Assembly (NCBI GenBank): GCA_041288045.1
Contig: JBGGMM010000149.1
Coordinates: 1-51,577, forward strand
Length of the DNA stretch: 51,577 bases
From: Pseudobdellovibrionaceae bacterium
GTDB taxonomy: Bacteria > Bdellovibrionota > Bdellovibrionia > Bdellovibrionales > Bdellovibrionaceae
Direction of reading: 5' to 3'
Shown one piece after another: positions 47,549 through 51,577 of this stretch. Under the pieces are notes generated by a model, which was given only the letters and a program-made list of their open reading frames with translations, did not search any database and was not told the origin of the DNA. Numbering within the stretch: the first letter of the stretch is position 1; each line of letters opens with the position of its first letter. The position numbers and the translations under genes are program-made.

Positions 47549-48579
47549 CTGCTGCGCCGGTTCTCGCCCGCACACTGAAATACAAACTGACCGTTGTTGC
47601 TGGAGGCAATGCCGGGCAGAGCCTTCAATTCGAAAAGCCGGTGGTGACTATTGGCCGAGGACCCGAAAATGATTTGGTTTTTGCCAATGATCCCAAAATT
47701 TCCAGAACCCACGCTGAAATTCGAATGCAGCTCGGGCAAATCATCATCCGCAACACCAGTGATCGAAATTTTATTTTGGTTAATGGTGAAAAAGTTGTGG
47801 AAAAAACGATCATTCAATCAGCAACTTTGCAATTGGGTGACACATTACTAGAAATCAAACCAATCGAAGAAGCTCCGCAATTGCCTCCGCCACAGATGGC
47901 TCCAGTTTCACCAGTACTTCAAAAACAAAATGTACAGCTGGTTCCCACTCAAGCACAGGCAGTGACCTACTCGGCACCGACACCGGTGGCTTCGCAAGTT
48001 CGCAGGCCTCGACCCTCGAATTCTGTTTCTTCTGCCAATAAAGACAACCGCCTTCGCTTCTATGGAATCATTGCCGTGGTCGGACTGATTGCTTACTTTT
48101 TGCTTTCGGGCGACAACGGATCCAATCGCAAAGAAGTCCAGCTTCGCACCGAAGGGGATGTGGCACGGGCCATGAGTGATTCGGCAGCTGCAGTGCAAGA
48201 GCTGCGTCGACAAAAAGAAACAAAAGGCCAAGACAGTCTTCAGTACAAGGCTGCGCAAGAGCATTATATCAAAGGATTTCGCGACTATCGACAGGGCCAA
48301 TACGCTCGGGCAAAACAAAGTTTTCAAGCTGCACTGTCATTTTATCCGGCTCATGAATTGGCTCGGAAGTATTATTTGCAAGCGGAAAGAAAACTCGAAG
48401 CTCAGATTGATTTTCACATGTCTCAGGGCAGAAAATATTATCAGAAGCAAAATTACAAAATGTGCCAGTCCTCGTTTGCAAGTGTGATGATTATGGTGAA
48501 GGATCCAGCCAAATTGAAATACCGAGAAGCTAAGCAGCTCTATGAAGAGTGCAGTCTTCGGCGTGAAGGGGGGCTGTGA
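47545..48579 (+). CDS. FHA-domain membrane protein with C-terminal TPR-like repeats
   Basis: IGRGPENDL, ISRTHAEI; Pro/Gln linker; one TM; G.RDYRQGQY..A...F..AL TPR. GTG start at 47545 overlaps the upstream stop. Confidence 0.85.
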   Translation: MTAAPVLARTLKYKLTVVAGGNAGQSLQFEKPVVTIGRGPENDLVFANDPKISRTHAEIRMQLGQIIIRNTSDRNFILVNGEKVVEKTIIQSATLQLGDTLLEIKPIEEAPQLPPPQMAPVSPVLQKQNVQLVPTQAQAVTYSAPTPVASQVRRPRPSNSVSSANKDNRLRFYGIIAVVGLIAYFLLSGDNGSNRKEVQLRTEGDVARAMSDSAAAVQELRRQKETKGQDSLQYKAAQEHYIKGFRDYRQGQYARAKQSFQAALSFYPAHELARKYYLQAERKLEAQIDFHMSQGRKYYQKQNYKMCQSSFASVMIMVKDPAKLKYREAKQLYEECSLRREGGL

Positions 48580-50471
48580 TGGCTCGTCTTTTGGTATTTC
48601 ACGAAGGCCGAAGAATCAAAGACTGCGATTTGCAATCAGGTAAAGAGTGGATTGTCGGGCGAGCGAGCTCGGCTGATATTGTGCTTGAAGGTGATCGTGG
48701 CATTTCGCGCCAGCATTTTAAAATCATTTCTAACAATGGACGCTGGAGACTTGAGGTTCTCTCTCGTTACGGCGAGCTTTATCACAATGGCGAAAAGGTC
48801 ACCTCGATGGATCTATCGAATGCCTGCCGTTTTGAAATCCCCCCGTATGAGTTTGTGTTCGAAGATGAAATTCAAACCCATGAGGGAGCCGCCCAAAGCC
48901 CTGAGCAAACGCCAGTGATGGATTTTTCTGAGCGCACTTCAGTCGGCCACATTGCCATTCTTCCTTATCTCAGGCTGGTCAATTCTTACGGGGAAAATTT
49001 GCAAGTGTTTCGGCTTGAAGGTCACAATTGGGTGGTTGGCCGAGATATGAGCTGTGCGATCTACATCGACAATCCAAAATTCAGTCGCCGGCATTTTGAA
49101 ATTCGCTCGCAAGAAGGCGCCTACCTCGTCAAGGATCTTGGCAGTTCCAATGGGACCTTGCTCAATGGAGAGCCGATTTCAACCACAGATTGGAGTGTTC
49201 TTAAATCTGGGGACGCACTGACGGTTGTCGATGATCACCTGCATTTTGAATTGCGGGATTCCAATTTTGATCAGAAGCTTCAAGAAATTTCTCCGGAGCT
49301 TCGCAGTTCTCTGATGACCACCACTGAAGCGCCAGCGGAACATGTGCCGCTTTACCCGCAGCCTCAGTCGATTCCTCCGGCTGCCGGGCCTTTGCCATTG
49401 CTTCAATTTCATTTGCAGAATTTAAAAAAGAAAAACAATTGGGTTCGCACTGTCGTTGGTGTGCTGGTGGTTTTTGGGCTGGTGGCCTATCTTTTGGACG
49501 ATGGAGATTCTTCCGGAGTTTCAGCAAAAAAGATCACTTCTTCGCCTTTTGAAAAGCTCACACCTCAGCAACAACAATATGTGAAAGACACTTATCGCTT
49601 GGCAGATCGGCTTTTCAAAGAAGGCCGATATGAGATGTCCCGGCAAGAAGTGGCCAAAATTCATGAATTGATTCCCATTTACCAAGAGTCTAAAAATTTG
49701 GAAAAACTGGCGGACGCAGCTATCCAAAGTCAGATTGAATTGCAAAAAGCAGAAGTGCGAGAACGAGAAAAATTGGAAATGGAAGAAAAAATCCAGACTG
49801 TTCTTGCCCAATGCAAGACTTTGATCACTCCCAATGTTGACGCTCAGAAAATTGAGGATTGTCTTGCTCCGATTGTTCCCCTCAATCCAGAGCACCCTGA
49901 TATTTTGGCGATGAATGCTCAAGTTGATAAATTGGCAGCAGAGCGAATCGAAAGAAATCAAAAAGCAGCCACTTATGCCAGCCAAGTGCGCAAGCAAAAG
50001 GGTCTCTTCAGCAAAGCCTCGGCGCTCGAAAAAGAGGGAAAACCTCTTGAAGCGTTGGCTCTTTATGAGCAGGTGGCAGTTTCCCGATTGCCAGATCCAG
50101 AGAATTTGAAAAGTCAGGCCAAACGCAACATCGCTTCGATTCAGCAGACTCTGACATCCAAGCAAGCTGAATACGAAAAAGAAGCAGAAGCGGCCACAAA
50201 AAAAGGGGATTTGAAATCAGCTGTCACGCTTTTAAAGCAGGCTTTGGCAATCAATCCACAAAATGAAACTTTGAAAGGCCGTGTGAATTCGACTGTCAAT
50301 GAGCTGAAAAAGCAAATGCAGAATCTCTACCAAGAAGGAGTTCTTGAAGAGAGCGTCGGCGAAGTCGAAGCCGCTAAAGTCAAATGGAAGAAAATTTTGG
50401 AAATGAGCGTTCCTGAAGAAGACTATTATAAAAAAGCCAAATCCAAGCTGAAGAAATACGAGACTCTTTAA
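48579..50471 (+). CDS. Tandem-FHA membrane protein with TPR-like C-terminal region
   Basis: FHA1 (VGR, SRQH), FHA2 (VGR, SRRH, DLGSSNGT), one TM, long helical TPR-like region. Confidence 0.85.
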   Translation: MARLLVFHEGRRIKDCDLQSGKEWIVGRASSADIVLEGDRGISRQHFKIISNNGRWRLEVLSRYGELYHNGEKVTSMDLSNACRFEIPPYEFVFEDEIQTHEGAAQSPEQTPVMDFSERTSVGHIAILPYLRLVNSYGENLQVFRLEGHNWVVGRDMSCAIYIDNPKFSRRHFEIRSQEGAYLVKDLGSSNGTLLNGEPISTTDWSVLKSGDALTVVDDHLHFELRDSNFDQKLQEISPELRSSLMTTTEAPAEHVPLYPQPQSIPPAAGPLPLLQFHLQNLKKKNNWVRTVVGVLVVFGLVAYLLDDGDSSGVSAKKITSSPFEKLTPQQQQYVKDTYRLADRLFKEGRYEMSRQEVAKIHELIPIYQESKNLEKLADAAIQSQIELQKAEVREREKLEMEEKIQTVLAQCKTLITPNVDAQKIEDCLAPIVPLNPEHPDILAMNAQVDKLAAERIERNQKAATYASQVRKQKGLFSKASALEKEGKPLEALALYEQVAVSRLPDPENLKSQAKRNIASIQQTLTSKQAEYEKEAEAATKKGDLKSAVTLLKQALAINPQNETLKGRVNSTVNELKKQMQNLYQEGVLEESVGEVEAAKVKWKKILEMSVPEEDYYKKAKSKLKKYETL

Positions 50472-50472
50472 A

Positions 50473-51132
50473 ATGGATTTCTTTCAGAGGTCCTATTCAG
50501 GACACAGTTTCAGACCGCGCCCTTTGATTGAAGAAGACAAGAGCACGAACACTTTGATCGTTGCCACTTCCTGGGGGGGCTCTGAGCATGCCCAGTTGGT
50601 TGTCGATACCATCAAAGAGCAACTGATCGTCAGCGAAGACACGCAGGCCACTCGAATCAACTCTGGCCATCAAGGATTGAGCGAAGAAGCCAATCTTTTG
50701 CGCCAAGCCGCCACACTTGCCAACGAAAGACTGTACTTGCGGGAAAACAATCGAGAGTACTCGGCTGCGGTTGAAATCGCCCTTATCACTGTTCAAAAGG
50801 AAACTCTTCATTGGGCCCAACTGGGAACCCCCCATTTGTTGCTTTCGGGAAATCAAGGTTTTCAGCCTCTCTGCTATTCGCCGGATTGGTCTTGGCAGCT
50901 TCAACAAAGCTCTCCACTGGTTTCAAAAGCTCTCGGACTTGATCGGCAATGCTATCTCAATTGCGGCAGCTACAAACTGCAGGGCAATGAAAAGCTCTTG
51001 ATGATTTGCAGATCGGCTGTGCCGGGAACTCTTTATCAAATTCAATCCCCTGATCTCACAACCTGCAGTCAAGCTCTGGTGGAGGACAATTCCAATGCGC
51101 CTTTTTGGTTGGGTGTGGTTGGGTTTTCCTGA
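50473..51132 (+). CDS. Degenerate PP2C/PPM-fold protein (probable pseudophosphatase)
   Basis: Colinear with PP2C motifs (G..R, LIVATSWGG, WAQLG, VSKALG, LLMICRSAV), but the metal-binding Asp residues are missing. Confidence 0.6.
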   Translation: MDFFQRSYSGHSFRPRPLIEEDKSTNTLIVATSWGGSEHAQLVVDTIKEQLIVSEDTQATRINSGHQGLSEEANLLRQAATLANERLYLRENNREYSAAVEIALITVQKETLHWAQLGTPHLLLSGNQGFQPLCYSPDWSWQLQQSSPLVSKALGLDRQCYLNCGSYKLQGNEKLLMICRSAVPGTLYQIQSPDLTTCSQALVEDNSNAPFWLGVVGFS

Positions 51133-51555
51133 TCAGTCCTGCAAAGCTTGTTGAAAGGCTTGATGGGCCGCCTGTCGGTATTTATTCATTTCTGGAAGAG
51201 CAAACATCATTTCCAAGGTCAACGGATGGTGAACGAGGTTTTTTGAGAGATCCCAAACACCGCTGAAAAGTTGGTTGGTTTCAACTATTTTTTTATCGGT
51301 GCGAAACAAGAGATACTGGCGAAGAAATTTTCTTCTTGCGGCTTCTTTGGCATTGGCATCAGCATCAGCTGAATCCCGGCTGTCGATCATTTTCCATTCG
51401 AGAAGACTGAGAGAAAGCGGATCGAGGCATTGTTTCAGATCTGAACTTTTCGGATGGGGCAGATCCAGTGTCGCCAAGCAGGGGTCCTCAAATTTTTGCC
51501 GGTTTTCTTTTTTGAGATTTTTATGCGCGATTTTTTCTAGATCCTTGAATTTCAT
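51133..51555 (-). CDS. Hypothetical protein
   Basis: 140-aa ORF with ATG start whose stop abuts the convergent gene; no recognised motif. Confidence 0.55.
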   Translation of the reverse strand: MKFKDLEKIAHKNLKKENRQKFEDPCLATLDLPHPKSSDLKQCLDPLSLSLLEWKMIDSRDSADADANAKEAARRKFLRQYLLFRTDKKIVETNQLFSGVWDLSKNLVHHPLTLEMMFALPEMNKYRQAAHQAFQQALQD

Positions 51556-51577
51556 GCCTTGAGCCCAACGCTCCAGG

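Noticed and set aside
1..51577. tRNA, rRNA, CRISPR array, prophage, IS transposase or defence system
   Set aside because: I saw no cloverleaf, spaced direct-repeat array, or integrase, transposase or cas motifs by eye.

Overview
A gene-dense, mostly housekeeping window from a Bdellovibrionales-like predatory bacterium (inferred from gene content). In order it holds: the 5' end of a radical SAM gene running off the left edge (not in the supplied ORF track), an MBL hydrolase, a class A PBP, two DUF507 genes, an orphan GroES with a Lys/Ala-rich N-terminus, an outer-membrane barrel, a KamA-family enzyme, UvrD/PcrA, a lipoprotein/OMP cluster with a thermolysin-like protease, a SPOR protein, SuhB and an ENPP-type phosphodiesterase. 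Next come a sigma54-driven flagellar operon (fliLMNOPQR-flhBAFG-fliA), rpoH, aspS, a ThiF enzyme, valS, an MFS transporter, and the maf-yggS-proC-divIVA-yggU cluster. The right end carries an operon of tadC, DUF192, three membrane-anchored FHA proteins and a PP2C-fold protein that lacks its metal ligands. The most interesting signals are this Tad/FHA/pseudophosphatase module, two highly structured intergenic elements between convergent genes (6566-6763 and about 33197-33440), a degenerate FlhF/FlhG pair and a recurring 15-bp GTC-N9-GAC palindrome. I saw no tRNA, rRNA, CRISPR array, transposase or integrase. Family assignments come from motif recognition by eye, not from database searches.
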